Source of the DNA: Candidatus Lustribacter sp.
GTDB lineage: Bacteria > Vulcanimicrobiota > Vulcanimicrobiia > Vulcanimicrobiales > Vulcanimicrobiaceae
NCBI GenBank assembly: GCA_965277805.1
Contig: OZ255842.1
Location: forward strand, 3,936,001 to 4,000,000
Direction of reading: 5' to 3'
Length of the DNA stretch: 64,000 bases
Part shown: positions 29,586-39,900 of the stretch, piece by piece
Layout of the letters: every line of letters starts with the position of its first letter
How positions within the stretch are numbered: position 1 is the first letter of the stretch
Program-made: the position numbers and the translations under genes
Notes under the pieces: generated by a model
Database searches by the model: none
The model's input: the letters and a program-made list of their open reading frames with translations, nothing else
What the model was told of the DNA's origin: nothing

Positions 29586-30735
29586 GGCCGTTTCCGTTCG
29601 CTCCGGCCGATTCTACGACCCGTGCCGGCATGAGAAATTCGATGCGGCTCACGATCTTGCGACCAACGTCGGACGACGCCAGGGATCCGGCGGCCGCGCG
29701 CATTTGCGCCAGCCGTTCGGGCTGCAGCATCGCATCGAGCGTCCACCACAGCCGGTCGCCGTCGAGTTCGGCGTCCGGGATCACGATCGCAGCGCCGCAT
29801 TCGGCAAAGACGGCGGCATTCGAGACCTGGTGGTTGTCGGTGTGGTGCGGATAGGGCACGAGGATCGCCGGCGTGCCGGTTGCCGCCAGCTCGGCCAACG
29901 TCGACGCGCCGGCGCGCGCGATCACGACGTCGGCGGCGGCATACGCATTGGCCGGGTCGGTGAGATACGGCACGAGCATCACATGGTTCACGCCGACGTC
30001 GCGCTCTTCGGCCTCCATGTAGGCATGATCGCGCTCGCCGCTGACGTGCAGCACCTGACGGTCGTCGCCCAGCGTGCGGCGCGTCACGAGCGCCGCCACC
30101 GCCTCGTTGACGGAACGCGCGCCGAGGCTCCCGCCCATTGCGACGACCGTCGCGCGTTCGGGCGCGAGGCCGAGTTCGAGCCGCGCGCGCGAGGGGTGCA
30201 CCTTGCGCGTGAGCGACGCGCGCACCGGCGCGCCGGTGCGATACGCCTTGCCGCGAAAGTAGGGCGCCGACGCGTCGTACGTTGTCCAAACTTCGTCGAC
30301 GATCGGCGCGAGCAGGCGATTCGTCAGGCCCGGCGTGAGGTCGATCTGCAGCAGGGCGATGCCGCAGCGCAACAGTCCGAACGTACGCAAAATCCGCGCC
30401 GCAACGACGACCGGAAAACAAACGTAGCCGCCGGTCGCAATCACCATCAACGGCTGGAAACGGCGCAGCGCTCCGAGCGCCACGATCACGCCGAGCAGCG
30501 TGGTCAGCACCGTGAACAGCGTGCCGATGGAGAGCTTGCGCTGCAGCGCCGCGCTCGGCACGAACGACAGCGGCATCGTCGTCACCAGCTGCGCCTCGAG
30601 GCCGTGGCGGTTCCCGAAAAAGCGCGGCTCGTAGTGCGCGGAATCGTATTCGGCGCGAATGGCATCGTCGATCGCAAGCGCCGGATAGATGTGGCCGCCG
30701 GTGCCGCCGCCGGTGAACGCGACGCGAAAGGACAC
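29578..30735 (-). CDS. murG: Lipid I N-acetylglucosaminyltransferase
   Basis: GGGTGGHIYP, TGGYV, GGSLGA, RAGASTLAE. Confidence 0.96.
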   Translation of the reverse strand: MSFRVAFTGGGTGGHIYPALAIDDAIRAEYDSAHYEPRFFGNRHGLEAQLVTTMPLSFVPSAALQRKLSIGTLFTVLTTLLGVIVALGALRRFQPLMVIATGGYVCFPVVVAARILRTFGLLRCGIALLQIDLTPGLTNRLLAPIVDEVWTTYDASAPYFRGKAYRTGAPVRASLTRKVHPSRARLELGLAPERATVVAMGGSLGARSVNEAVAALVTRRTLGDDRQVLHVSGERDHAYMEAEERDVGVNHVMLVPYLTDPANAYAAADVVIARAGASTLAELAATGTPAILVPYPHHTDNHQVSNAAVFAECGAAIVIPDAELDGDRLWWTLDAMLQPERLAQMRAAAGSLASSDVGRKIVSRIEFLMPARVVESAGANGNGRE

Positions 30736-30739
30736 GCGC

Positions 30740-31891
30740 CTACCGCGTACGGCGGGCGACGTTCATGATCAGGGCCACGGCCACGAGGCTGACGATCAGC
30801 GACGTTCCCCCGAACGAGATGAACGGCAGCGGAACACCGGTCACCGGCCACGACGACGTGACCACGCCGATGTTGATGAAGGCCTGGATGACCACCAGCA
30901 GCGCGCAGCCGACGATCAGGAAAAAGCCGAAGCGGTCGCTCGCGCGCTGCGCGAGCATGAACGCGCGAATTCCCAAGGCGGCGAAGAGCATGAGCACGAT
31001 CATCGTGCCGAGCATGCCGAGTTCTTCGCCGATCACGGCAAAGATGAAGTCGGTGTGCGCTTCCGGGAGATAGAAAAACTTCTGGCGCGAAGCCCCGAGG
31101 CCGAGGCCGAAGATGCCGCCGCTACCCAAAGCGAGCAGCGACTGCACGATGTGGAAGCCTGTGTTCTGCGCGTCTTTCCATGGATCGAGAAACGCGAGGA
31201 TGCGCGCGCGTTTGTAGGCGCTCGCGCCGACGGCAAGCGCCACCGGCGGCAGCAACGCGAGGAGGGCGAGCGCGACGTGTTCGACGCGCGCGCCGGCGCA
31301 AAAGAGCATCCCGAACGCGGTGAACATGACAAGGCTCGCCGTGCCCATGTCGGGCTCGAGCAGGATCGGCACCGCGATCACCGCCGCCACGAGCAGCGCC
31401 GGCACGACGCCGCGCACGAGCGATCGTACATCGGCGCCGATCGTCGAGAGCTTCGCCGCGAGGAAGAGCACGAGCGTGAGCTTCGCAATCTCCGAGGGCT
31501 GAAAGCTCAGGAAACTCGCGCCGAGCCAGCGCCGGGCGCCGCCCGTTTGCAAACCGATGTGCGGGATCAGCGTGAGCACGAGCATCAGCACGGTGATGCC
31601 GACGAGCGCCGGCGAGATGCGCTTGAGCTTCGTGTAATCGACGCGATAGGCCGCATAGGCGAAGCCGCCGCCGATCACGAGCCAGATGAGCTGGCGCTTG
31701 AGGAAATACGCGGTGTCGTGATAGGTCGCGTACGCGGTCGCACTCGACGCGCTGAACACCATCACGAGACCGATCGCGATCAGGCCCGCGACCGTGGCGA
31801 AGAGCCACGGGTCAGGCGGCGCGAGCGCCGTCCGCGCACGCATCGGCGGCGGCAGGGTCGTCCCGAGACTGCGCTGCGCCTTAGCTAACAC
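30740..31891 (-). CDS. ftsW: SEDS peptidoglycan polymerase FtsW
   Basis: GARRW, FQPSEIAK, LPEAHTDFIFA, GVPLPFISFGG. Confidence 0.95.
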   Translation of the reverse strand: MLAKAQRSLGTTLPPPMRARTALAPPDPWLFATVAGLIAIGLVMVFSASSATAYATYHDTAYFLKRQLIWLVIGGGFAYAAYRVDYTKLKRISPALVGITVLMLVLTLIPHIGLQTGGARRWLGASFLSFQPSEIAKLTLVLFLAAKLSTIGADVRSLVRGVVPALLVAAVIAVPILLEPDMGTASLVMFTAFGMLFCAGARVEHVALALLALLPPVALAVGASAYKRARILAFLDPWKDAQNTGFHIVQSLLALGSGGIFGLGLGASRQKFFYLPEAHTDFIFAVIGEELGMLGTMIVLMLFAALGIRAFMLAQRASDRFGFFLIVGCALLVVIQAFINIGVVTSSWPVTGVPLPFISFGGTSLIVSLVAVALIMNVARRTR

Positions 31892-33284
31892 GCGCGGTCC
31901 CGTTCACGGCGGCCGCGAAGGCTTCGCCGCGGGCCTCCGCCGAGGCGAACATGTCGAACGATGCATTGCCGGGCGAGAGCAGCACGACGTCGCCGCTCGC
32001 CGCGAACGACCGGGCCGTCGCCACCGCTTCGTCCATCGAACCGGCGTAGGCGACTTCTGCGCGCTTGACGTGCTTAGCGATCTCCGGCGCCGCCTCACCG
32101 ATCAGTACGACGGCTTTCGTGCGCGACGAGATGACTTTGCCGAGCTCCGAGAACTCCGTCCCCTTCGATTTGCCGCCCGCGATGAGGACGATCGGGCGAT
32201 CGAACGAGCGCAGCGCCGCGATGACGGCGCCCGGGTTCGTCGCTTTGGAATCGTCGACGTAGAGAATACCGTCGCGATCGGCGACCGTCTCGAGCCGGTG
32301 GTGCAGCGGTTTGAATGCGCGCACGGCCGCGGCGATCGCGGTGCGGTCCAACCCCGCCGAGAGGCCCACCAGCACCGCCGCCATCACGTTGTCGACGTTG
32401 TGTGCGCCGTGCAGCGGGATATCGGCCACGTTCATGATCTCGACCGGGCGCGGGTCGCCGGTCGGCGGAGCGTAGACGATCGAGCTTTCGTTGCGCATGT
32501 AGAGCGTGCTCTGACGGTGCGGCTCGCGCGAGAACCACAGCGCGCGTGCACGGATGCGCGTGTTGTCTTCACCCGGCGCGGCGGCGACGATCGGATCGTC
32601 GAGGTTGCCGACGAAGGTGTCGCCCGGGCCTTGGTTGGCGAAAATGCGGAACTTCGCTTCGGCGTACTCGTCCATCGAGTGGTAGCGATCGAGATGATCG
32701 GGCGTGATGTTGATGATGCACGAGATGCGCGGCTTGAACGAGCGGATCGATTCGAGCTGGAACGACGAGACCTCGGCGATGACCCAATCTTCGGGCTTCG
32801 CGACCGCCGTTTCCGCGATCAGCGCGTTGCCGATGTTACCGCCGACGTACGTGGTGAAGCCGGCCTGGCGGAAGATCTCGCCGATCAGTGCGGTGGTCGT
32901 CGACTTGCCCTTGGTGCCGGTCAGCGCGACGATCGGCGCTTGGCAAATGCGATAGGCGACTTCCACTTCGCTGAACACCGGCACGCCGGCTGCCTGAATG
33001 CGCCGCACCAGCTCGCCGTTGAGCGGGATGCCGGGCGAGAGGACGGCCACCGTCACTTTGGGCAGGATCTCACCGAGCGCATCAGGCGCGACGAACGGCA
33101 CGCCGGCCTTCTCGAGTTCCGCCAGGACGGGAGCGAGGGCGCTCGGCGAGCCCTCGTCGGTACCGTAGATCTGCGCGACGCGCGGCTGCAAGACCGCGAC
33201 GCTCGCGCGCCCGCTGCGGCCGAGCCCGATGACGAGGACGCGTTCGTTACGATCGAAGCGAACGGAAGAGATCGGAATATTCAT
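31881..33284 (-). CDS. murD: UDP-MurNAc-L-Ala--D-glutamate ligase
   Basis: GLGRSG, TGTKGKSTT, EVSSFQLE, DDSKATN; ATG 33284 overlaps the mraY stop. Confidence 0.96.
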   Translation of the reverse strand: MNIPISSVRFDRNERVLVIGLGRSGRASVAVLQPRVAQIYGTDEGSPSALAPVLAELEKAGVPFVAPDALGEILPKVTVAVLSPGIPLNGELVRRIQAAGVPVFSEVEVAYRICQAPIVALTGTKGKSTTTALIGEIFRQAGFTTYVGGNIGNALIAETAVAKPEDWVIAEVSSFQLESIRSFKPRISCIINITPDHLDRYHSMDEYAEAKFRIFANQGPGDTFVGNLDDPIVAAAPGEDNTRIRARALWFSREPHRQSTLYMRNESSIVYAPPTGDPRPVEIMNVADIPLHGAHNVDNVMAAVLVGLSAGLDRTAIAAAVRAFKPLHHRLETVADRDGILYVDDSKATNPGAVIAALRSFDRPIVLIAGGKSKGTEFSELGKVISSRTKAVVLIGEAAPEIAKHVKRAEVAYAGSMDEAVATARSFAASGDVVLLSPGNASFDMFASAEARGEAFAAAVNGTARVS

Positions 33285-34222
33285 GCATGCACCACGATGA
33301 CGAAGCCGATGATTCCCAAGCAGAGCGAAGCTAACCAGAACGACGAGGTGACACGGGTTTCCGGCCAACCGCCCAACTCGAAATGATGATGCAGCGGGCT
33401 GATGCGAAAGACGCGCCGCCCGGTGGTTTTGAACGACGTTACCTGAATGATCACGGAGAGTGTTTCGGCCACGAACACGCCGCCGATGAGCAAGAGCAGC
33501 AACTGCGAACCGGTGAGGATCGCCGCCCCCGCCAGCGCTGCGCCGAGCGCGAGCGAGCCGGTATCACCCATGAAAATCTTCGCCGGATGGCGGTTGTAGA
33601 GTAAGAAGCCGAGCACCGCACCGAGCACGGCCACTGCCAAGATCGCCACGCTCGCGTTGCCTTGGCGCACGGCGATGAATGCTAGGAGCGCGAGCGGCGG
33701 CACGACCGTTCCCGAGGCGAGGCCGTCGAGCCCGTCGGTGAGGTTGACCGCGTGCGTCGTGGCGAGAATCACCGCGAGCGAAAGCCCATACCACACCCAA
33801 TACGGCACCGGACCGATGAAGAGCACCGCGTGCGGATCGGGGGTCAGCAACGCGACGTACGCGAGAAAGCCGGCGCCGATCACGGCGGTTGCGAGAAACT
33901 TCGTGCGCGCGTTCAAGCCGCGATTGCGGCCGCCGCGAATCGCCATGTAGTCGTCGATGACGCCGACCAGCGCCGAACCCGCAATCAGCAAACCGTAGGC
34001 CGCCACGATCGGATCGCGCGAGATCGCAAACGCGACCAGCGGGGCCAGCAGAAAGAGCAAACCGCCGAGGGTGGGCGTGCCGGTCTTCTTCTGGTGCGTT
34101 TGCGGTGCGAGTTCGTAGGCGTGCTGCCGCAGCGCAGCGCGCCGCAAGTAGCGTATCAGCGCCGGCGCCAGCACGGCCACCAGCGCGAACGTCACGACCA
34201 GCGCGACGAGCAGATCGATCAC
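33281..34222 (-). CDS. mraY: Phospho-N-acetylmuramoyl-pentapeptide transferase
   Basis: KTGTPTLGG, DDY, NLTDGLDGL, FMGDTGS, PLHHHFE. Confidence 0.96.
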   Translation of the reverse strand: MIDLLVALVVTFALVAVLAPALIRYLRRAALRQHAYELAPQTHQKKTGTPTLGGLLFLLAPLVAFAISRDPIVAAYGLLIAGSALVGVIDDYMAIRGGRNRGLNARTKFLATAVIGAGFLAYVALLTPDPHAVLFIGPVPYWVWYGLSLAVILATTHAVNLTDGLDGLASGTVVPPLALLAFIAVRQGNASVAILAVAVLGAVLGFLLYNRHPAKIFMGDTGSLALGAALAGAAILTGSQLLLLLIGGVFVAETLSVIIQVTSFKTTGRRVFRISPLHHHFELGGWPETRVTSSFWLASLCLGIIGFVIVVHA

Positions 34223-34917
34223 GCCGCACGCACCAAGGGATGCGCGCCGGCGCCGCGCCAGGCGAGGATGACCAGCGGCGTTTGTTCGTCGCCGTTGCCG
34301 GCGGGGTTGCCGAGCAGTGCCTTCTCTACCGCATCGCGCACGACGCCGGGCGACGCCCCGAGCGCCTTCGCGCGGCGCAGATCGTTGGCGTCGACGATCG
34401 CGATGTGCAATCCCAGCTCTTGCGCGAGTTCCGCGCTGACCTTGTCCGGCTCAGCGGGGCCGAGCACGATCGCACGCTCGTAGGGCGGCAGCGTGCCGGT
34501 GTAGCCGTCGATCGCGGCGATCGCTTCGCCGAGCAATTCGTAGAACACGCCGCGGCGTCCGATCGCGCGGCCGGCCACCTGCAGCACTGCGGCGCCGAAG
34601 ACGCGCCACGCGCCGACTTGGTCGATCACGAGCTGCAGCGACTCGGGCTGGTTGATCGTCGCGAGCACACCCGCGCGGCGCGCCAGCACGCGTGCGAGCT
34701 TCGAAGGACGGATCGTTTCGGCGCCGATGAAACGCCCTTGCGCGATCGCCACCGCCGTCTCCGCAATCGCGACGACGTCGCCCGGCTGCGCTAGGCCCGA
34801 GAGCGCTTCGCGCAACAGCGCGGCGAGATCGTCGCCTTTGACGATCAAGCGCGTGCGCACGGGAATCGCCACGATGCCTTCGGGCAGCGAGGGCTCGTGA
34901 ATCGCCACCGGGATCAT
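34219..34917 (-). CDS. CofE-like (F420-0:gamma-glutamyl ligase family) protein inside the dcw operon
   Basis: GDDL, GDVVAIAETAVAIAQGR, AIDG, IVDAND, GNGDEQTPLVI; 4-bp overlaps with murF and mraY. Confidence 0.75.
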   Translation of the reverse strand: MIPVAIHEPSLPEGIVAIPVRTRLIVKGDDLAALLREALSGLAQPGDVVAIAETAVAIAQGRFIGAETIRPSKLARVLARRAGVLATINQPESLQLVIDQVGAWRVFGAAVLQVAGRAIGRRGVFYELLGEAIAAIDGYTGTLPPYERAIVLGPAEPDKVSAELAQELGLHIAIVDANDLRRAKALGASPGVVRDAVEKALLGNPAGNGDEQTPLVILAWRGAGAHPLVRAA

Positions 34918-36281
34918 GCCGACAACCCCGCCACGATTTGCTCCATGCGGTACATGCGCGAGCCTTTGAGCAGCACGGTATCGCTGGGCCGCCCGTTTTC
35001 GCGCAGCCACGCGATCGCTTCTTCGTTGGTTTGGTAGATCACGAGCGCGTCTTCCGCAAGGCCCATCGCACGCGCGCCCGACGCAAGCGAGGGCGCGAAC
35101 GCGCCGCCGAACAGCACGACGTCAGCGGACGCTGCCGCCGCCGCGCCGACGCTCTGGTGCATGAACGCGGCGTCCGGACCCAATTCGGCCATGCTGCCGA
35201 TCACCGCGATGCGGCGCGCCGGCACGCGCTCGCGCGCAAACGTCTGCAGCGTGGCGAGCGCGCCGCTCGTCGAGGCGTTGTAGGCATCGTAGATGATCGT
35301 CGGTCCGCCGGCGATCGCGATGCGTTCGTAACGGCCGTGCGGGAGTTCGAATTTCGGCGCAGCTTGCGCGACGGCGGACGGATCGACGCCCGCCGCCCAC
35401 GCCGCGGCGAACGCAGCGGCAAGGTTGCGCCGGTTGTGATCGCCCGGCACGTCGACGAGCAACGGAAACGCGCGCACGTCGTCACCATCGATTGCGAGCA
35501 CGTCGTCGAGGCGTACGATCGCCGCCCGTTCGCCCGCCGGCGGCCGTTGCGCGTCGATGCCGAACCACACCGGCTGCTGGCCCAACTCCGGCGCGCGCTC
35601 CCGCGAGGTGTCATCGCTGAGGTTGAGCACCGGTTGCGCGCCGCCCCCAAAGATTCCCCACTTCGTCTCGGCGAGCCGCTCGCGGCTGCCCATGATCTCG
35701 AGGTGCGCTTCGCCGATGTTCGTGAGCACGCCGATGTCCGGCCGCGCCGCCATCACGAGCGGCTCGAGATCGCGGTATTTGCGCGCGCCGAACTCGACGA
35801 TCGCCACGCGCTCGTCGCCGTCGTCGAGGGAGAGCAAGAATTTCGCGACACCGATCTCGTTGTTCTCGTTCTCCGGCGTTGCGGTTACCGGCCGGCCGGC
35901 CGCCTCGAACGCCTGCAGCGCGAACGTCTTCGTCGTCGTCTTGCCGGTACTGCCGGTGATTGCGATGACCGGACCGTTCACGCGATCGCGCGCCAGCCCG
36001 CCGAGCGCGAGATAGGCCGCCAGCGTGTCGGCAACGACGATGCCCGCTTGACCCTCCGGCAGCGCGCTCGCATCATCGACGATGACGGCCGATGCGCCGG
36101 CCGCCACGGCGGCGTTCACGAATTTGTGTCCGTCGAAACGCTCGCCGCGCAAGGCCAGGAACGTTTCGCTGGGCCGGATGTCGCGCGTGTCGGTCGAGAC
36201 CGCGATCGTGGCCGGCAAGTGTTCGCGATTGTGCACGGTTCCTGCGAGCGCGGCCAGCGCGTCGTTCGTCGGCAGCCTCAT
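34914..36281 (-). CDS. murF: UDP-MurNAc-tripeptide--D-Ala-D-Ala ligase
   Basis: GERFDGH, TGSTGKTTTK, NNEIG, DAYNAS, MAELG, LKGSR. Confidence 0.96.
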   Translation of the reverse strand: MRLPTNDALAALAGTVHNREHLPATIAVSTDTRDIRPSETFLALRGERFDGHKFVNAAVAAGASAVIVDDASALPEGQAGIVVADTLAAYLALGGLARDRVNGPVIAITGSTGKTTTKTFALQAFEAAGRPVTATPENENNEIGVAKFLLSLDDGDERVAIVEFGARKYRDLEPLVMAARPDIGVLTNIGEAHLEIMGSRERLAETKWGIFGGGAQPVLNLSDDTSRERAPELGQQPVWFGIDAQRPPAGERAAIVRLDDVLAIDGDDVRAFPLLVDVPGDHNRRNLAAAFAAAWAAGVDPSAVAQAAPKFELPHGRYERIAIAGGPTIIYDAYNASTSGALATLQTFARERVPARRIAVIGSMAELGPDAAFMHQSVGAAAAASADVVLFGGAFAPSLASGARAMGLAEDALVIYQTNEEAIAWLRENGRPSDTVLLKGSRMYRMEQIVAGLSA

Positions 36282-37708
36282 GCGCGCAACGCTCCCGAAC
36301 GCAACGAGAACGCGCTGCGTACTTCGTCGCGGTCATCGAACGGAAACCGCTCGTCGCCGATGATCTGGTAGGCTTCGTGGCCCTTGCCCGCCACCACGAC
36401 CGTATCGCCGGCGCGCGCATCGTTGATCGCGCGGCGGATCGCGGTGCGCCGGTCGAGGATCACTTCGGCAATGATGCCGTCGGCGATCGCGGCGGCAATT
36501 TCGGCCGGGTTTTCACTGCGCGGATTATCGGTGGTCACGATCACCGCGTCGGCCGCTTCGGCCGCGATGCGTCCCATCTCCACGCGTTTGCCCGCATCGC
36601 GGTCGCCGCCGCACCCGAACACCACGATCAAGCGCCCGCGCGTCGTTTCACGCGCGGCGCGCAGCACGTTCGTCAGGGCATCGGGCGTGTGCGCGTAGTC
36701 GACGATCGCATCGATGCCGAACGCGCCGATGCGTTCCATCCGGCCGGGTACCGCGCGCACCGTGGCCAGACCGCGCACGATCGCTTCGTCGTCGATGCCG
36801 GCCGCCCGCGCGAGACCGATCGCGGCGAGCGCGTTCGCGACGTTGAACCGGCCGGGCAGGCTGATCTCGATGTGCATTCCGTCAACGTCGAATTGCGATC
36901 CGTCGCCGTTGAGGACGATGTTCGTTGCGCGCAGTTGCGCCACGCGGTCGATCGCGTAGGTGGTCGCAGTCACAAACTCACCGGCAAACGTGCGGCCCAC
37001 CGGATCGTCGACGTTGAGCACCGCCAGCGGCGCCAAATCGAAGAGATGGCGCTTGGCGGCGATGTAGCGCGTAAGCGTGCCGTGAAAATCGAGATGGTCG
37101 CGCGTGACGTTGGTCAGCACCGCTGCACGAAAGTGCACGTCGTCGGCACGGCCCAGCGCGAGCGCGTGCGACGAGACCTCCATCGCTACCGCGCGCGCGC
37201 CGGCGTTGCGCATCTCCGCGAGCGTGCGGTGCAGTTCGATCGCTAGCGGCGTCGTGTTCTCGAGCGCCCACGTCTCGCCGCCGAACACGCCGCCGAGCGT
37301 ACCGATCACGCCGCACGGGATACTCGCCGCTTCGGCGATCGCGCGGATCAGATACGACGTTGTCGTTTTGCCGTTGGTCCCGGTGATGCCGAAGACCATC
37401 ATTCCGAGCGACGGCTGGCCGTAGAATTTTGCGGCCAGCCGCGAGATCGCACTGCGTGTGTCATCGACCACGACCTGCGGTACGTCGACATCAACTTCGT
37501 GCTCGACGACCAGTGCGGCGGCACCGCGTGCGACGGCACCCTTGGCAAAGCGATGGCCGTCCACACGCTCGCCTCGGACGGCAACGAAAAGGCTGCCGGG
37601 CTCAACCGTACGCGAGTCGACGGCAATCGAGGTCACGGCTTCGGGCAAGGTGCCGATGATTCGCGGCGCGGTCAGTGCGTCGAGCAACGGCCGAAGCTCT
37701 CGCATCAT
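36278..37708 (-). CDS. murE: UDP-MurNAc-dipeptide--meso-DAP ligase
   Basis: TGTNGKTTT, MEVSSH, DYAHTPD, DNPR (meso-DAP-type motif), AGKGHE. Confidence 0.96.
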   Translation of the reverse strand: MMRELRPLLDALTAPRIIGTLPEAVTSIAVDSRTVEPGSLFVAVRGERVDGHRFAKGAVARGAAALVVEHEVDVDVPQVVVDDTRSAISRLAAKFYGQPSLGMMVFGITGTNGKTTTSYLIRAIAEAASIPCGVIGTLGGVFGGETWALENTTPLAIELHRTLAEMRNAGARAVAMEVSSHALALGRADDVHFRAAVLTNVTRDHLDFHGTLTRYIAAKRHLFDLAPLAVLNVDDPVGRTFAGEFVTATTYAIDRVAQLRATNIVLNGDGSQFDVDGMHIEISLPGRFNVANALAAIGLARAAGIDDEAIVRGLATVRAVPGRMERIGAFGIDAIVDYAHTPDALTNVLRAARETTRGRLIVVFGCGGDRDAGKRVEMGRIAAEAADAVIVTTDNPRSENPAEIAAAIADGIIAEVILDRRTAIRRAINDARAGDTVVVAGKGHEAYQIIGDERFPFDDRDEVRSAFSLRSGALRA

Positions 37709-39474
37709 CGTTTCTTCTTCGCAGCAGCCGGCCGGGAAACCAAGCGCGGGGGAGAGCTCGGCATGATGTCGTCGTGCAACATCACCGTGCGCGCGAGGTC
37801 GGCGAAAATCGGCGCCGCGACGGTACCGCCGTAGTAGGAGCCGCGCGGGCGCTCGATCTTCACGAAGATCACGTAACGCGGCTGTTCGGCCGGCACGTAA
37901 CCGATAAAGGAGCCGACGTACTCGCCCGGCTCGTAGCGGCCGTTTTCCACCACCTGCGCGGTACCGGTCTTCCCGGCCGTGGTGTAGCCCGGGGTGCGCG
38001 CGCTGGGATTCCCCGTGCCGTACGTCACGACCGCGCGCAAGATCTGCCGCAACTCCGCCGCCGTCGTCTCGGAGATCACGCGCCGTTCGATCTCGGGCGC
38101 GTACGTGTAGATCACCTTACCGTTCGCATCTTCGAGGGCGTGCACGATGCGCGGGCGCAGCAAGAGCCCGCCGTTGGCGATTGCGGCGTACGCCCGCGTC
38201 AGCGCGATCGGCGTCGTCGACACGCCGTGACCGAACGAGATCGTCGCGACCGAACTGCCGCTCCACTCGGAGACCGGCGGAACGATGCCGGCATTTTCGC
38301 CGTCGAGTTCGACGTGCGTGTAGTCGCCGAAACCGAATTTGCGGATCATCGCATACAGCGTCGAGGCGCCGATCCTCATGCCCACTTCGGCCGCGCCGAC
38401 GTTGTGCGAGTACGCGACGATATCTTGCAGCGTCTCGGTACTCGACGATCCGGCCATGAAGCCGTCCTCGGCGTTGTGAATCGTATGACCGCCGACATCG
38501 AGCTGATCGCGGGCCGGAAAGCGCGTCTTCAGCGTCACCTTGCCGCTCTCGAGCGCCGCGGCGGCGGTGATCAGCTTGAAGGTCGATCCGGGCTCGTAGG
38601 CGTCCGCCACCGCGCGATCGCGCCACGAGTTTTCCGGCGCTTGCGAGAAATGGTTGGGATCGAAGTCCGGCGCGTTGGCCATCGCCAGGATCTCGCCCGT
38701 GTGTACGTCCATCACGACGGCCGTCGCGCTCTTCGCGTGCCAAGTCTTCATCGCGGCGTCGATCTGGTGTTCGGCCTCGAACTGCAGGAACGAATCGAGC
38801 GTCAGCACGAGCGTCTTGCCGGGTTGCGCGCGTTCGATCACGGTCGAGTCGCCGAACGGGATCGCGCGTCCGAACTCATCCGCCTCGACGCGCATTTTTC
38901 CCGGCGTACCGCGCAGGTAGCCATCGAACGAGTACTCGAGGCCGGCGAGCCCGTTTTCTTCCGTTCCCACGAAGCCGAGCACCGTCGACGCGAGCCGGCC
39001 CGATGGTGCGTACCGCACGCCGGTCTCTTCGGGTTTGAGCCCGATCGCGTCGATGTTCAGCGCTCGGACGCGCTCGGCAACCGAGTGCGGAATCTTGCGC
39101 TTTAGGTAGCGGAACGGCGTGCGCTCGCGCAACGCTGCTTCGAGCCGGTCTTGCGAATAGCCGAGGATCGGCGAAAGTTTGGCGGCGATTTCCGGCACGT
39201 CGGAGGGATCGATCGACGTCGGCACCGCGTAGACGCTCTCCGACGGGAGCGATCGCACGAGAACCGTTCCGTCGCGATCGACGATCGAGCCGCGCTTGGC
39301 GAACGCGTCGACGGTTTCGCTATGCTGGGAGAGCGCAAGACGCGAAAGATTCGCGCTCTGACGAATTTGGACGTCGGCGAGCCGCCACGTTAGCCATAAG
39401 GTAACCAGAAGCGTCGCAAGAATAGCGAGCTTCGCGCGTACGACAGGAACGCGCGCGAACGCCCGGTCGGCCAT
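37705..39474 (-). CDS. ftsI: Class B penicillin-binding protein (FtsI/PBP3)
   Basis: N-terminal TM, RGSIVDRDG, EPGSTFK (SxxK), SHN, KTGTAQ. Confidence 0.93.
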   Translation of the reverse strand: MADRAFARVPVVRAKLAILATLLVTLWLTWRLADVQIRQSANLSRLALSQHSETVDAFAKRGSIVDRDGTVLVRSLPSESVYAVPTSIDPSDVPEIAAKLSPILGYSQDRLEAALRERTPFRYLKRKIPHSVAERVRALNIDAIGLKPEETGVRYAPSGRLASTVLGFVGTEENGLAGLEYSFDGYLRGTPGKMRVEADEFGRAIPFGDSTVIERAQPGKTLVLTLDSFLQFEAEHQIDAAMKTWHAKSATAVVMDVHTGEILAMANAPDFDPNHFSQAPENSWRDRAVADAYEPGSTFKLITAAAALESGKVTLKTRFPARDQLDVGGHTIHNAEDGFMAGSSSTETLQDIVAYSHNVGAAEVGMRIGASTLYAMIRKFGFGDYTHVELDGENAGIVPPVSEWSGSSVATISFGHGVSTTPIALTRAYAAIANGGLLLRPRIVHALEDANGKVIYTYAPEIERRVISETTAAELRQILRAVVTYGTGNPSARTPGYTTAGKTGTAQVVENGRYEPGEYVGSFIGYVPAEQPRYVIFVKIERPRGSYYGGTVAAPIFADLARTVMLHDDIMPSSPPRLVSRPAAAKKKR

Positions 39475-39900
39475 TTAACGGCGGAAAAATGCGCCCAGGA
39501 ACGCGATGCCGTTGGAGGGCGGCGCCACGACCGGACCGGGAACGTCGACCACGGCGTACCGGCTGGGATCGTGCATGTTCATGCGACCCGCCAAATCGGC
39601 CAGACGCTCGCGCGACTGGAGTTGCGCGATGCGATCGTCGAGACGCAGCGTCTCTTCGACGAGGGCACTTTTCGTCTGCGTCGCCTGCGCGAGCGAGTAG
39701 TTGAGCGCGGTGAGGTTGCCCATGAGGAGCACGTAAACCATCACCGGCACCAGCAGCACCCCGAACCCGATTGCGATGAGCGCGGGCATCGCGTAATTCT
39801 GCATTCGCGTGCGGCGTCCGCGACGGCGCGCGGCTTCGCGCGCGCGTACCTGGACGCGCGGCTGGGGTTGAGTCTGCGGAATTGCTTTGAGCGCAATCAC
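39475..39900 (-). CDS. ftsL: FtsL-like cell division protein
   Basis: Position between rsmH and ftsI; basic N-terminus, one TM, coiled coil. Confidence 0.65.
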   Translation of the reverse strand: MIALKAIPQTQPQPRVQVRAREAARRRGRRTRMQNYAMPALIAIGFGVLLVPVMVYVLLMGNLTALNYSLAQATQTKSALVEETLRLDDRIAQLQSRERLADLAGRMNMHDPSRYAVVDVPGPVVAPPSNGIAFLGAFFRR

